Assembly: GCA_965197725.1 (NCBI GenBank)
Contig: CBDANQ010000049.1
Span: 11,443 to 75,442, forward strand
DNA: 64,000 nt
DNA from: Longimicrobiales bacterium
Lineage (GTDB): Bacteria; Gemmatimonadota; Gemmatimonadetes; Longimicrobiales; Gaopeijiaceae
Direction of reading: 5' to 3'
Shown here: positions 22,584-33,020 of the stretch, one piece after another
Numbering within the stretch: the stretch's first letter is position 1
How the letters are laid out: each line of letters starts with the position of its first letter
Notes under the pieces: generated by a model
The model's database searches: none
The model's input: the letters and a program-made list of their open reading frames with translations, nothing else
Told to the model about the DNA's origin: nothing
Translations under genes and position numbers: made by a program

Positions 22584-23654
22584 TCAAGTGCGTACTCGCG
22601 TCAGGAGTACCAGGGCCGCCCCAAAGAAGACGAAGTTGGGGAGCCACGCCGCCATGAGCGGCGAGACGGCTCCCGCCTCACCGACCGCCCCGGAAATCTT
22701 GAGCATCAGGACGTAGACGATCACGGTCCCGAGCGAAATGCCTATCCCGTAGGCTGTTCCACCTCGCTGGTTGCTCGTCGCCAGCGGCGCACCGAACAAG
22801 AGTACGACGAGCGTCGCGACGGCGAGCGACAGTTTCTGCTCACGTTTTACCAGCAGTTCTGTCGCATTGCCCCCCGTGCGCTCGAGGATGCCCGCGAGGC
22901 GATCGATTTCAGCGTAGGTCATCTCGTCCGGCTCACGCGGAGCCTCCAACAGCTCGTCCGGTCTCTCGACCATGTCCCGCATGATGAGGCGACTGAACTG
23001 GATGGACTGCTCCGCCGAATCGGCCGTGAGCGTGCGCAGATAGCCTCGCCGCAACCCCCATCCCTGTATTGAATCCCAGGTCGCATAGTCCGCGAGTATG
23101 TGTAGTCCGGTCGAACCGTCCCTGGGTGGACGCTCGATCACTATGCCGGTCATGCGCCCGTCGCCGACAGTGAGTCGACGGATCTGCCACGTCAGACCGC
23201 TCTCGGAGCGGTAGACGAAGTCGGAGCGCCAAGAGCGCCGCGGATCCTCGTTTCGTAGGATCGCCGCGGCGATGCGGTTGCCGCGCGGCTCGAGCTCGGT
23301 GAGCGCGAGCGCCACACCGGTGAGCAGCACGCCCATCACCACGATAGGCACGATGAGCCGATGAAACGAAATGCCCCCGGCTTTGGCCGCGACGAGCTCA
23401 CGGTGGACCGTCATCCCGTGGACCGTGAAGACCGCCGCGATCAGCGCAGCGAACGGGAACGACCATTTGATGAACATCGGCATCATGAACACGTACGCCT
23501 CCGCGACCTCGGCGATGCTCAGGCCGCGATCGATGAAGTCGTCCATGTTCTCGGTGATGTGGCCGATGACGAGGAGCGGGGGGCCGGCGATCACGAAGAC
23601 CAGGAAGTGGCGAAGGAAGGTCCCGGCAACGAGCCGGTCGAGAAGCCGGTTCAC
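22584..23654 (-). CDS. lptG: LptF/LptG family LPS export permease (LptG-like)
   Basis: LLDRLV start, ELVAAKAGGIS, PDEMTYAE, AAWLPN; GTGA overlap. Confidence 0.88.
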   Translation of the reverse strand: MNRLLDRLVAGTFLRHFLVFVIAGPPLLVIGHITENMDDFIDRGLSIAEVAEAYVFMMPMFIKWSFPFAALIAAVFTVHGMTVHRELVAAKAGGISFHRLIVPIVVMGVLLTGVALALTELEPRGNRIAAAILRNEDPRRSWRSDFVYRSESGLTWQIRRLTVGDGRMTGIVIERPPRDGSTGLHILADYATWDSIQGWGLRRGYLRTLTADSAEQSIQFSRLIMRDMVERPDELLEAPREPDEMTYAEIDRLAGILERTGGNATELLVKREQKLSLAVATLVVLLFGAPLATSNQRGGTAYGIGISLGTVIVYVLMLKISGAVGEAGAVSPLMAAWLPNFVFFGAALVLLTRVRT

Positions 23655-25108
23655 GGGGCCACCCCTTCTCTCCGGCCTCCCAGGAGGCGTGCAAGGCCGT
23701 CGCCCGCGTTGCTCAAGAGGTCGTCGAGCATGCCGCCGCGCACGGTAGAGCCCGCGCGTGCCATGCGGCTGACCAATACGATGCCGACGATGAAGAAGAC
23801 CACGTTCGCCATCCACATCGTGACCGCGGGGCTCGCGATGCGGCGGTCCGCGAGGATCTCACCGCCGATGAGTCCGGTCCAGTAGATGCTGAAGATCACA
23901 CTCGATGCCAGCACGACCATGCCGACTCCACCCCGCGGAAAGCGCACCGCGAGGGGCGGGCCAATCAACGTGAAGACGCTGCACGCGAAGGCGATCGCGA
24001 GCTTCTTGTGGATCTCGACCTGGTAGCGGTAAGCAGTCCGTCTGAGCGATTCTGCCCGGGCTGCGCGCGTGCGGCTGGAGATCACGGCGGCTTGGGTGAC
24101 CCCGTCCCAGGAAAGCAGGGTTTCGCCGTCCCCGGTGACGGTCACCGGTCCGCCCGCGCTGGGGGGGCGCACGTCCGCGGCCGCGGCCGAGTCGTCGCTT
24201 GTGGGCCGCCCCAGCGCGAGCCTCACGGCCTGCAAGGTCCTGGCCCGACTCTCGATCCGCACGGAGTCGAGCTGGATCTCTCTCGCCCTGGCGTTCTCGG
24301 CGAGCAGAGCGAAGCCCATCTCGCGGTCCGAGCGGTCGGTACCACCTAAGCGCCGCACCAATTCGTTCGCGATACCGCGCAGCGGGACGATCTGCTGCTC
24401 GAAGTACAGGCGCTGGAAGCCCCCTACGCGGTCGGTCTGCACCTCGTGCACGACGCCGTCGTAGAGCGTCAGGTAGAGATCCGTCTTCTCCACGTTGAAC
24501 ACCATCTCGCCGCGCGCGGCGTACGTCGTGCGCCGACGGATCGGATTGTTCCCATCGAAAATCGTGACTTCTTCCAGGGTACTCTCAACGGGGTCGATAC
24601 GCGTAGCGGTCAAAAAGTACCTGTCGAGCCCCGACTCGGTGGGGATCTCGTTTACGATCTGCTCCCGCAGGTCGAGCGTAGGGCTCTTGCGAGCGATGTC
24701 CACCATGAGGTTCTTTAACCGATGGTTGGATTCCGGGAGCACGACGTCGTTGAAGTACAACATGACGCCGGTCATGAGGGCGCCCATCCCCACGAGAGGC
24801 ACGAGGAGGCGCGCGGGCCGAATGCCTCCCGCGGACATTGCGGTGATCTCGTTTGACGACGTCATCTCGCTGAATGCGTACAGCACCGCCACGAGCACCG
24901 ACATCGGGAGGGACAACGCGATCGTATGAGGTAAGGAGAGAGCCAGAAACTCAACAACCACCGTCCACGAGAGCCCTTTGCCCAGGAGCCCCTCGATTCG
25001 CTGTGCGACCGCGTTGAGGAAGATGAGCGCGGTCAGCGTCGAGAGGGCGAACAGGAAAGGGCCGACGTGGACCCTGATCAGATATCTGGTAAGGACTCCC
25101 ATGCCCAT
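23651..25108 (-). CDS. lptF: LptF/LptG family LPS export permease (LptF-like)
   Basis: LTRYL, NEITAMSAGGI, VEIHKKLAIAFAC, MWMANV. Confidence 0.88.
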   Translation of the reverse strand: MGMGVLTRYLIRVHVGPFLFALSTLTALIFLNAVAQRIEGLLGKGLSWTVVVEFLALSLPHTIALSLPMSVLVAVLYAFSEMTSSNEITAMSAGGIRPARLLVPLVGMGALMTGVMLYFNDVVLPESNHRLKNLMVDIARKSPTLDLREQIVNEIPTESGLDRYFLTATRIDPVESTLEEVTIFDGNNPIRRRTTYAARGEMVFNVEKTDLYLTLYDGVVHEVQTDRVGGFQRLYFEQQIVPLRGIANELVRRLGGTDRSDREMGFALLAENARAREIQLDSVRIESRARTLQAVRLALGRPTSDDSAAAADVRPPSAGGPVTVTGDGETLLSWDGVTQAAVISSRTRAARAESLRRTAYRYQVEIHKKLAIAFACSVFTLIGPPLAVRFPRGGVGMVVLASSVIFSIYWTGLIGGEILADRRIASPAVTMWMANVVFFIVGIVLVSRMARAGSTVRGGMLDDLLSNAGDGLARLLGGRREGVAP

Positions 25109-25126
25109 CGTAGCGTCCGAGAAATC

Positions 25127-28100
25127 GTGGCTGATCGCGTGTCGGCCACTCCCTACCCCTCGTCCGGCCCGTCTGTTCGGCCGCTGAGGGATCTCGTGCG
25201 CGTTTCTCCGCTCTTGCTCGGGCTGGCGCTGCTCACGCCGGTGCTTCCAGCCAGCGGCGGGACACGTGCGCACGCGGCCGTTCCGAGCCTCGAGATCGCG
25301 CTCGACACGATTCTGCGGAGCGACCTATCAGTCCCCGCGACGACCGTCCGTTCAGGCTTGGTCGCCGCCGCGGATGAGCCCCATGTGCGGCTCGGGTTGA
25401 AGCTAATCCCCGTCTACGAGGGCCGTCTGGGGCTTCGCGTCGCCCACAAAGCGCCCGGTCTGGTCCTTACGCGGCTCCCCTCCGCCGTCGCCGCCCCTTT
25501 GCTCGACCCGATCCAACTGTGGAGGGTGCTCGCCTTGGGGCAGAACGCGGCCGATTCTACGTTCTTCCTGCCCGCCCCCCCAGAACCACCTCGTCGTGTG
25601 GCCGAAGCTCCAGCGGGGCAGGAGGCCCTGCCGAGGTTTCAGAGTGAATACGCCGACCTGGCTCTGAACGTCACGAGCCGAATGGAGCTCGGTGGGGAGT
25701 GGGCGCGTTTCCAGCCGTGTGACGAACAGTTCAAGGTCAGCTGCAATCCGAACCTCATACCCCAACTGAGCCCCGATCTGCGGTTCGGCGTGCAGGTCGA
25801 TGGCGCCATCGCGGACCGCATCCGCGTGGACGTGGACTTCGACCAATCGCGCGAGTTCGACGCTTCGAACCGCATCAACATCTTCTACGAGGGTCGGGAG
25901 GACGACATCCTGCAGCGTCTCGAGGTGGGCGACGTCGAGTTCCGGTTGCCCACCAACTCCCGCTTTCTGACCGAGGGCATCCCCGCCGGGAACTTTGGAT
26001 TCCAGGCGGAGGGACAGCTCGGCCCGCTCGAGTTCCAGTCGGTGTGGGCGCAGCAGAGGGGCGACCTGAATACGCGCCAGTTCAGGCTAACGGGGCTCGG
26101 CGACCAGCGCGGCTTCGTTCAGCAAGACACGCTGGTGCTCGACGATGCGGACTACGTACGTGGTCAGTTCTTCTTCTTGGTCGACCCGCGAGAGATCGAC
26201 GAGTATCCGCACGTTGACGCCTTGGCCTTGGATCCTGCGTCCGCTCCGCCATCCGTGGTGCCAGGATTCGACCCGATTCAGCTGTACCGCTTCGAAGACG
26301 ATCCGGTCTTCCAGCAGCAGGTCGAGGGATTCATCCAAGCGGATGCGATTGCCGAAGGTGAGGCCGGTACCGTGATCGAGTCGGGGTGGTTCCGGTACCT
26401 CCAGCCCGGACTCGATTACTCCGTGCACCCGAGCGGACTCTGGGTGGCGTTGCGTTCGCCGCTGAGAAGGGATGAAATGCTCGCGGTCACGTACGTGACC
26501 GCGATCGGCGATACCGTGGGAGACTACAACCCGGAGAGACTCCACAACGTCGGAGCGCGCCCCACGCTCAAGCTGCTCAAGGCATCCGGGGCGAACCATC
26601 AGCCTGGGCGCGCCACCTGGGATCAGGAGATGCACCAGGTCTATCGCGTTTCGGGGTCTCCTGATGTGGAGCATGCGTCGGTGGAGCTCACGATCTCACT
26701 CGGCGAGCTGTCTGCTGGCCGGACGTTCAAACGGGGTCCGTCGGGCGAGGACGTAACATTCCTCAGACTCTTCGGCCTCGACGACGAGGCTCCCGTCGAT
26801 GCGCTCGACCCCTCGTTCGTGTACTCGCCGGGTGCGGAGTTTTTCCAGGAGCAGCCACCGGTACAGGGGACCTTCGTCGTGTTCCCGACGCTGCGTCCCT
26901 TCGCGGAGCCGCCGCCGCTTCCGGCGTCGGGGCTAACGGACATCGAAACGAGCCGGATTCTCGCTGAGGACGCGAATGCGCGAATCTACGAAGAGGAGGA
27001 TCCGTTCGAGCGTGACAACGCAGGCCGGTTCCGGCTTACGCTGGCGTACCGATTGCGCAGCGAAGGCGTCATCTCCTCCTTCTCGCTCGGGGCGTTCGGG
27101 ATCCGAGACGGGAGTGAACGCATCTTCCTCGGAGACCGCGTGTTGACGAACGGGGTCGACTACGAGATCGACTACGACGTCGGCCAGGTCCGGCTGCTCG
27201 AGCCGGAGCAGCTCTTCGCCTCGACCCCCGACGCACCGGTTCGTGCGACCTGGGAGCAGCGCGCGTTGTTCCAGGTCTCGCCCACCCAGGTGTTCGGCCT
27301 TAGCTCCCATGCCGACCTGGGTGTGGGAGGAGGCGTCGACGTGCTAGGGCTGTACCGCTCGGAACGCTCCGTCGTGACCCGGCCGATTCTCGGGACCGAG
27401 CCCGGGGCGGCGTTGCTCGGTGGAGTGAGCGGGTCCTACCAGACTCGGGTGGCGTGGATCGACCGTGTGCTCGACAGGCTTCCCGGGCTGCGGCTCGACA
27501 GAGCAACCTCGGTTTCCGTGAACGGCGAGTTCGCCGTGTCGTTACCGAACCCCAACACGGCGGGTCAGGCGTTCCTCGACGACTTCGACGCGCGGGCCCA
27601 GCTCCCGGTGTCGCTGCTCTCTTCGAACTGGGCGCACGCGAGCGCGCCGACCATGCGGGACGGCGCGCGGTCGATTCTGCCGGCCTCGCTCGATGCCTCG
27701 ACCGCGGTCCCCCTCGTCTGGCAGCACTCCTGGGTGGAAGAGTCGGTGGTCGGCGACAGCGTCGGCGTCCACGAGGGCTTCTTCCCCAGACTCGACATCG
27801 ACCGACAGATCCGAGTCGCCGGTGCCGAGGTCCGAGAGCCGGGAATGATCCTTTCGTTTGGGCGCGGTCCGGTGCGAGAGCTCTCATGGCGATCCATCAC
27901 GACCTCGCTTTCCACAAACGGGCTAGACCTGACCAAGACGGAGTTCATCGAGTTCTATACCGCGGGCGCGGAGGCGCTCACGCTCGTCATTGACCTGGGC
28001 ACGGTCAGCGAGGACGCGTTCTTTGTCGACCTCCTCGGCAATCCCTCTGGCACGCGTGCGACGACCGGGCGGCGATGGGGACTCGGACTGCTCGATCAAG

Positions 28101-31100
28101 AGGCCGACCCCCGGCTCGGTGAGCTCTGGAACGACGAGGCCGACTCGCGCGGCGTCTGGGGTGAGACGTGCGAAAGCGAGCGCGGCCGCATCTATCGGAT
28201 CGCTGATCCGCGCGCGACGTGCACGCGAGGAAATGGGCGCCAGGATACCGAAGATCTGGATCGGGACGGCAACCTGGACATCCGCGAGCGCCACCTCCGC
28301 TACGTCGTGCGCCTCGACGGTACCTCGCCCTTCCTGGCCCGCACCAAGGCGGAGACCGGCACCGACTTCCAACTGTACCGCATCCCGGTCCGGGGCACCG
28401 ACGCGATCGAGGTCGGCGGAGCGTTCAGTGACGCGGATCTGCGCGCCGTGCGGCACATGCGCTTGACCCTGACCGGGGCGGAGAACCACCGCCTGCAACT
28501 TGCGCGCATGCGGCTGGTCGGCTCTCGTTGGATCAAGCGTGCCGGAGAGGGTGTCCTGAGCGGTATCATCGGAGACACCCTCGCGGGCTTCGGCCGAGTG
28601 GAGGTCGCCTCTGTTTCACGAGTGACCGAAGGCGACGAGTACGCTTCACCGCCGGGAGTGCTGGAAGAGCTCGTAAACCCGACCGCGGCGTTCTCAGGGG
28701 AAGGCATCGAGTTCAACGAGAAATCGCTCGGCCTCCTTTTCGAGGACGTGCCCGAGCACGCTCGCGCCGAGGTCTATCACCGGTTCCCGCAGCGACCTCA
28801 GAACTTCCTGGCGTACCGGCAGGCTCGGGTTTGGGTGGTCCCTCGCGAGGGCGATTTCGGACCCGACCGACCTCACTATTTCTTCTTCAAGGTGGGGAGT
28901 GACGCGGAGAACTTCTATCTCTTCCGGACTCCGCTTCAGCCTCCGTCGAGCCCCGGCGGCGTCGCTCCGGGGGACTGGCTGCCACAGATCGTCATCGACT
29001 TCGAAGAGTGGTTCGATTTACGCCGACGTGCCGAAGCGCTCCTGCTCACGGCGCGGGGACCGGGCGATCCACCGGTGACGGTCTGGGCCTCGGATTCGAC
29101 GTACGCGGTGGTACTCAAGGACCGCGGGCGCGCGCCCAACCTGGCGGCGGTCCGGGAGATGTCGATCGGGGTCTGGAACGAAGGCATGCTGCCCATGACC
29201 GGTGAGATCTGGATCGACGAGCTTCGCCTCGGTCGCTCGGTCCGGGACGCGGGTGTGGCGACCTCCCTGGATTTCGAGATGGACGGTGCCGGTGTGCTCA
29301 CCACTCGCGCGAGCCTCACGAGTCGAGGCGCGTTCTTCCGCCAGCTCCGCGACGACCCGACCTACCAGGACGACCGCACTGTCAACGTGAACTCGAGGCT
29401 CGCGCTCGACAGCTGGATGCCGGCCGAATGGGGTATCGACCTACCCCTCACTCTGGACTATGACCGCACGACCCAGGCACCCAGCTTCCTCGCGAACTCG
29501 GACCTTCGGGCCGACCGCTTGGAAGGGCTCCGCGCCACCGACTCGCGACAGACCCGCGTCGGTCTCTCATTCCGGAAGCGGATCCGGTCCGCGAATCCGT
29601 GGGTCGGACTCCTCGTGGACGGACTCGATGCTCGACTCGGCTACTCGTCGATCGCGGGATCTTCCGTGACGACCCAGCGCGACGCTGACGCCGTCGACGC
29701 CGGCTTGTCCTGGGCCCGAGACCCGGCTGTGCGCGACTTCGGGATCGTGCCGAGATTCGCGACTGGCGTAGTGCGCACGCTGCTCCCCGGCTTCCTGGAA
29801 GATAAGGTGTTGGGTTCGCGTTTCCGGTGGAATCCCGAACGCGTCTCCGTAGGGACGAGCTACTCGAAGATCGACAGCCGCATCCAGCGTTTCGAGCGCA
29901 TCATCGAGCACGAGGACGACTCTCTGGCACTCGTGACCCGGGCCCCCCGCGAGGGGTTTCAGACCGCTGCTGATGTTCGATTCAGACCGTTACCGCCCCT
30001 TTCGGCGAGCTTCACGATGGCGACCGTGAGGGACGTCCTGCCGCCGCAAGAGGCCGTCACCGACAACCGGGTGCGCGCTCTCGTCCGGGATGAGCGGACG
30101 CGCGCCGCCGGCCTCGACCTCGGGTGGGAGACCAATCGCTCTCTACAGACCCGAGTGTCCTTCGGGCCGAGTGTCTTCTCGTGGCTGAGGAGCGATTTCG
30201 ATTGGAACACGGTGTACCGGGCCGACCGTAACGCGAATCTCCTCGACCGTCAGGTTCTCGATGGCGATACGACGCTTGCCCTCGCTCGCAACGCGAGCGG
30301 TCGGCGCGACTGGCGAGCGGACTTCTCCCTCGACCCCACTCGGATGGTCGAGTCGTGGCTCGGTCCCGGCCACGAGGACGATCCCGCGAGTATCACCGAG
30401 TTACGGTCTGTGATCGGCGCTCTGCGTCCCTTCACAGTGACGTACCAGGACGGAATCGTTTCGCGATTCAATCGCGACCCGGTCGACCCAGGTCTCGGCT
30501 ATCAGTTCGGCTTTGGAGGCCCCGAGGGCTTTCGACTCATCGAGGGCGATACCGCGGCGACCTTGACGGACCGGTCTGCCTGGACGCTCGGCTCGGGCGT
30601 GGTGCTCCCCGGCGGCCTCGGTATCGACGCTGGCTTCCAACAGACCGAGGCTACGACTCTGGACACGCGCAGCGACCGCCGCACGGTGCTCAAGCGGTGG
30701 CCGGACGTGAGGACTCGGCTACCCGCGTTGACCCTGCCCGCCGCGACCAAGATCCGGTCCGTCAACCTCTCTTCGGGCATTACGCGCATCGAGCGTGAAA
30801 CCGAATTCGGCGGCCAGGGCGTGCAGCGCCGCTTCGCCGAGGACGTGCGGATCCCGCTCACCGTCTCGGTCGCCTGGCGGGGGACCCTCGTGACGAGCTA
30901 CCGCGGAGCGTTTCGCGCGGGGCGGGGCGTCGATCCGACCGGGGACACGGAGCGGGACCGAAGTGAGCACCACATTACGGTGTCCTCGCTGTTCGTGCCG
31001 CCTGGCGGGCTCGCTCGCCGCCTCGATCGTGCGGTCAGACTCTCCCTGATGGCTGGATACACGTCGGAGCGCGAGTGCCGCACGACCACCGCCCGCCAGG

Positions 31101-31312
31101 AATGTGTCGCTTTCCTCGACCAAATCCTCCGGAGCATCAACCTGTCGCTCGACACCAGCGTCAGCGGTTTCGAGATGGGAGTTCAGATGAGCTACGACGA
31201 CCGTCAGTCGTTCGTTGGGCAGCGTACCGGATCGACGCAGTTCCAGCTCATGCTGTGGGGGCAACTCCAGTTGTCGGCGGGCACGATCCCGGTGCGCCCA
31301 CGCGGCCTGTAG
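25127..31312 (+). CDS. sprA: SprA-like giant outer-membrane protein (T9SS translocon homolog); start uncertain
   Basis: ~2060 aa; FDQSREFDASNRINIFYEGREDDILQRLEVGDV, GSERIFLG...GVDYEIDYDVGQV, AFLDDFD, DTEDLDRDG, GEIWIDELR resemble SprA motifs. Confidence 0.75.
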   Translation: MADRVSATPYPSSGPSVRPLRDLVRVSPLLLGLALLTPVLPASGGTRAHAAVPSLEIALDTILRSDLSVPATTVRSGLVAAADEPHVRLGLKLIPVYEGRLGLRVAHKAPGLVLTRLPSAVAAPLLDPIQLWRVLALGQNAADSTFFLPAPPEPPRRVAEAPAGQEALPRFQSEYADLALNVTSRMELGGEWARFQPCDEQFKVSCNPNLIPQLSPDLRFGVQVDGAIADRIRVDVDFDQSREFDASNRINIFYEGREDDILQRLEVGDVEFRLPTNSRFLTEGIPAGNFGFQAEGQLGPLEFQSVWAQQRGDLNTRQFRLTGLGDQRGFVQQDTLVLDDADYVRGQFFFLVDPREIDEYPHVDALALDPASAPPSVVPGFDPIQLYRFEDDPVFQQQVEGFIQADAIAEGEAGTVIESGWFRYLQPGLDYSVHPSGLWVALRSPLRRDEMLAVTYVTAIGDTVGDYNPERLHNVGARPTLKLLKASGANHQPGRATWDQEMHQVYRVSGSPDVEHASVELTISLGELSAGRTFKRGPSGEDVTFLRLFGLDDEAPVDALDPSFVYSPGAEFFQEQPPVQGTFVVFPTLRPFAEPPPLPASGLTDIETSRILAEDANARIYEEEDPFERDNAGRFRLTLAYRLRSEGVISSFSLGAFGIRDGSERIFLGDRVLTNGVDYEIDYDVGQVRLLEPEQLFASTPDAPVRATWEQRALFQVSPTQVFGLSSHADLGVGGGVDVLGLYRSERSVVTRPILGTEPGAALLGGVSGSYQTRVAWIDRVLDRLPGLRLDRATSVSVNGEFAVSLPNPNTAGQAFLDDFDARAQLPVSLLSSNWAHASAPTMRDGARSILPASLDASTAVPLVWQHSWVEESVVGDSVGVHEGFFPRLDIDRQIRVAGAEVREPGMILSFGRGPVRELSWRSITTSLSTNGLDLTKTEFIEFYTAGAEALTLVIDLGTVSEDAFFVDLLGNPSGTRATTGRRWGLGLLDQEADPRLGELWNDEADSRGVWGETCESERGRIYRIADPRATCTRGNGRQDTEDLDRDGNLDIRERHLRYVVRLDGTSPFLARTKAETGTDFQLYRIPVRGTDAIEVGGAFSDADLRAVRHMRLTLTGAENHRLQLARMRLVGSRWIKRAGEGVLSGIIGDTLAGFGRVEVASVSRVTEGDEYASPPGVLEELVNPTAAFSGEGIEFNEKSLGLLFEDVPEHARAEVYHRFPQRPQNFLAYRQARVWVVPREGDFGPDRPHYFFFKVGSDAENFYLFRTPLQPPSSPGGVAPGDWLPQIVIDFEEWFDLRRRAEALLLTARGPGDPPVTVWASDSTYAVVLKDRGRAPNLAAVREMSIGVWNEGMLPMTGEIWIDELRLGRSVRDAGVATSLDFEMDGAGVLTTRASLTSRGAFFRQLRDDPTYQDDRTVNVNSRLALDSWMPAEWGIDLPLTLDYDRTTQAPSFLANSDLRADRLEGLRATDSRQTRVGLSFRKRIRSANPWVGLLVDGLDARLGYSSIAGSSVTTQRDADAVDAGLSWARDPAVRDFGIVPRFATGVVRTLLPGFLEDKVLGSRFRWNPERVSVGTSYSKIDSRIQRFERIIEHEDDSLALVTRAPREGFQTAADVRFRPLPPLSASFTMATVRDVLPPQEAVTDNRVRALVRDERTRAAGLDLGWETNRSLQTRVSFGPSVFSWLRSDFDWNTVYRADRNANLLDRQVLDGDTTLALARNASGRRDWRADFSLDPTRMVESWLGPGHEDDPASITELRSVIGALRPFTVTYQDGIVSRFNRDPVDPGLGYQFGFGGPEGFRLIEGDTAATLTDRSAWTLGSGVVLPGGLGIDAGFQQTEATTLDTRSDRRTVLKRWPDVRTRLPALTLPAATKIRSVNLSSGITRIERETEFGGQGVQRRFAEDVRIPLTVSVAWRGTLVTSYRGAFRAGRGVDPTGDTERDRSEHHITVSSLFVPPGGLARRLDRAVRLSLMAGYTSERECRTTTARQECVAFLDQILRSINLSLDTSVSGFEMGVQMSYDDRQSFVGQRTGSTQFQLMLWGQLQLSAGTIPVRPRGL

Positions 31313-31386
31313 CAGCCGACCCCTCTAAGCATACGGCTGTCCCCGCGCCGACGTCATTTTTCTGGATGCGGGAGTCCTATTTCTGA

Positions 31387-32025
31387 ATGCACGATTCCGA
31401 GACCCGAGCACTGCGCCGGACCGCGCTGTTGTTGTTTGCCGTGAGCGCCGTGCGCTTGATGTGGCCGGTCGGGAGCGTGGCACCGGACGTCGCCGAGGTG
31501 ACAGATTCCTTGCTCGCCGCGAGCCAGGAGGCGCTCGCGGATGCTGAGCACAGGTCCCGTCCACTCGAGCCAGGCGAACGCATCGACCCCAACCTGGCGA
31601 CTGCCCAGGAGCTGGATCGGCTCCCGGGAGTCGGTGCGGTGGCAGCGCGGGCGATCGTGGCGGAGCGAGAGCGGACCGGTCCGTTCCGCGACGCCGGTGA
31701 CCTGTCGCGTGTGCGTGGCATCGGTCCGGCGACCGTCGCGAAATTGGAACCCCACATCGCGGTGTCGAGGCCCCGCCCTGCGCCGCCGGGGCGCCCCCGA
31801 CGGCACCGGACGTCCCCCGCGTCGGCCGTCGACGTCAATCGCGCGACGGTGGACGACCTGGTCGCGTTGCCCGGGATCGGGCCAGCGCTCGCCGCACGAA
31901 TCGTCGACGCGAGAGGAGAACAGATGTTTGCGAGGGTTGAGGATCTGGTGCGGGTGCGTGGAATCGGGCCTGCAACCGTCGAACGACTGCGCCCTCTCGT
32001 GACTGCGGGTGGGGGCCGACGATGA
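31387..32025 (+). CDS. comEA: ComEA family helix-hairpin-helix DNA-binding protein (two HhH domains)
   Basis: IDPNLATAQELDRLPGVG and VDVNRATVDDLVALPGIGP; VRGIGP twice. Confidence 0.88.
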   Translation: MHDSETRALRRTALLLFAVSAVRLMWPVGSVAPDVAEVTDSLLAASQEALADAEHRSRPLEPGERIDPNLATAQELDRLPGVGAVAARAIVAERERTGPFRDAGDLSRVRGIGPATVAKLEPHIAVSRPRPAPPGRPRRHRTSPASAVDVNRATVDDLVALPGIGPALAARIVDARGEQMFARVEDLVRVRGIGPATVERLRPLVTAGGGRR

Positions 32026-32160
32026 AGCTGAGGCCGGGTGGGCCGTAAGGCCGATTGGCCGTTCCGCCATCTCTCTTGTAGAGTGACGGTACGGTCCTGT
32101 ATTGTTAAGCGGCGCAGCGTTTGCGCGTCCCCGATTTCCCCCCGTTAGGATTGCTCACCG

Positions 32161-32823
32161 ATGGGAGCCAAGACCGCACAAGAGATTCGTCTCGGAGACC
32201 TGTTCGTTCGGGAAGGTCTGATCACGGAGGAGCAGTTGAAGGAGGGCCTCGCGGTCTCGAAGACGGAGGGCCACCGGATCGGGTATGCGTTGGTCCACCT
32301 GGGGTTCGTCCAGGAGGAAGAGCTCACGCGAATGCTCGCGAGGCAGTACCGCGTCCCCGCGGTCGATCTAGGTCACGGTGGACGAGAAGATCCTGAAGCT
32401 CATCCCTGGGCATGTCGCTATCAAGCATCTGGTCCTTCCGCTGCGTCGGGTCGGGCGGATGCTTACCGTAGCGATGACCAATCCCACGGACTTCTCCGCG
32501 ATCGACGATCTCAAGTTCATCACCAAGCTCGAAATTGAGCCGGTCATCGTCGGTGAGTACACGCTCCGCAAGCACCTCGAGCAGTACTTCGGCAGCACGG
32601 ACGACGAGCAGATGGCGAGTCTGCTCGAGCAGTGGCGTGATGACGAGGTCGAGGTCATCGAGGAGGAAGAGGACGAAGAGGCCTACTCCCAGATGGCGGC
32701 CGAGCTCGACGCGGCCCCTGTCGTCAAGTTCATCAACGGCCTTCTCACGGACGCGGTATTAAAGGGCGTCTCCGATATCCACATCGAGCCGTTCGAGAAG
32801 GAGATCCGGGTCCGGTATCGGAT
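32161..32823 (+). pseudogene. pilB: Type IV pilus ATPase PilB, 5' part; frameshift at ~32370, cut by IS at 32824
   Basis: RLGDLFVREGLITEEQL (MshEN-like), AMTNP, APVVKFIN, SDIHIEPFEKEIRVRYR; split over two frames. Confidence 0.85.
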
Positions 32824-32836
32824 GGTAATTATGCAC

Positions 32837-32865
32837 TTGACACAATCCTGTGTGGGTGTTACTAT
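32837..32865 (+). promoter_or_regulatory. Near-consensus sigma70 promoter in the IS left end
   Basis: TTGACA-N17-TACTAT with extended -10 TGn. Confidence 0.75.
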
Positions 32866-33020
32866 TCATGTATGGACTTCGTAACGCCTTTCCTGCCAGC
32901 GGTTTCAGCCACTCGGTCGAGCTCTTTTTTCAGCCGTTTGCCAAACACCTTCTCAGCTAGCTTCACGTCATCCATATCTACCTTCGTAAGCTTCTGCTTT
33001 TTCTTAGGAGTCTGATTCAT
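32862..33020 (-). CDS. Small basic IS-associated ORF (52 aa), function unknown
   Basis: MNQTPKKKQKLTKVDMDDVKLAEKVFGKRLKKELDRVAE...; helical, Lys-rich. Confidence 0.4.
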   Translation of the reverse strand: MNQTPKKKQKLTKVDMDDVKLAEKVFGKRLKKELDRVAETAGRKGVTKSIHE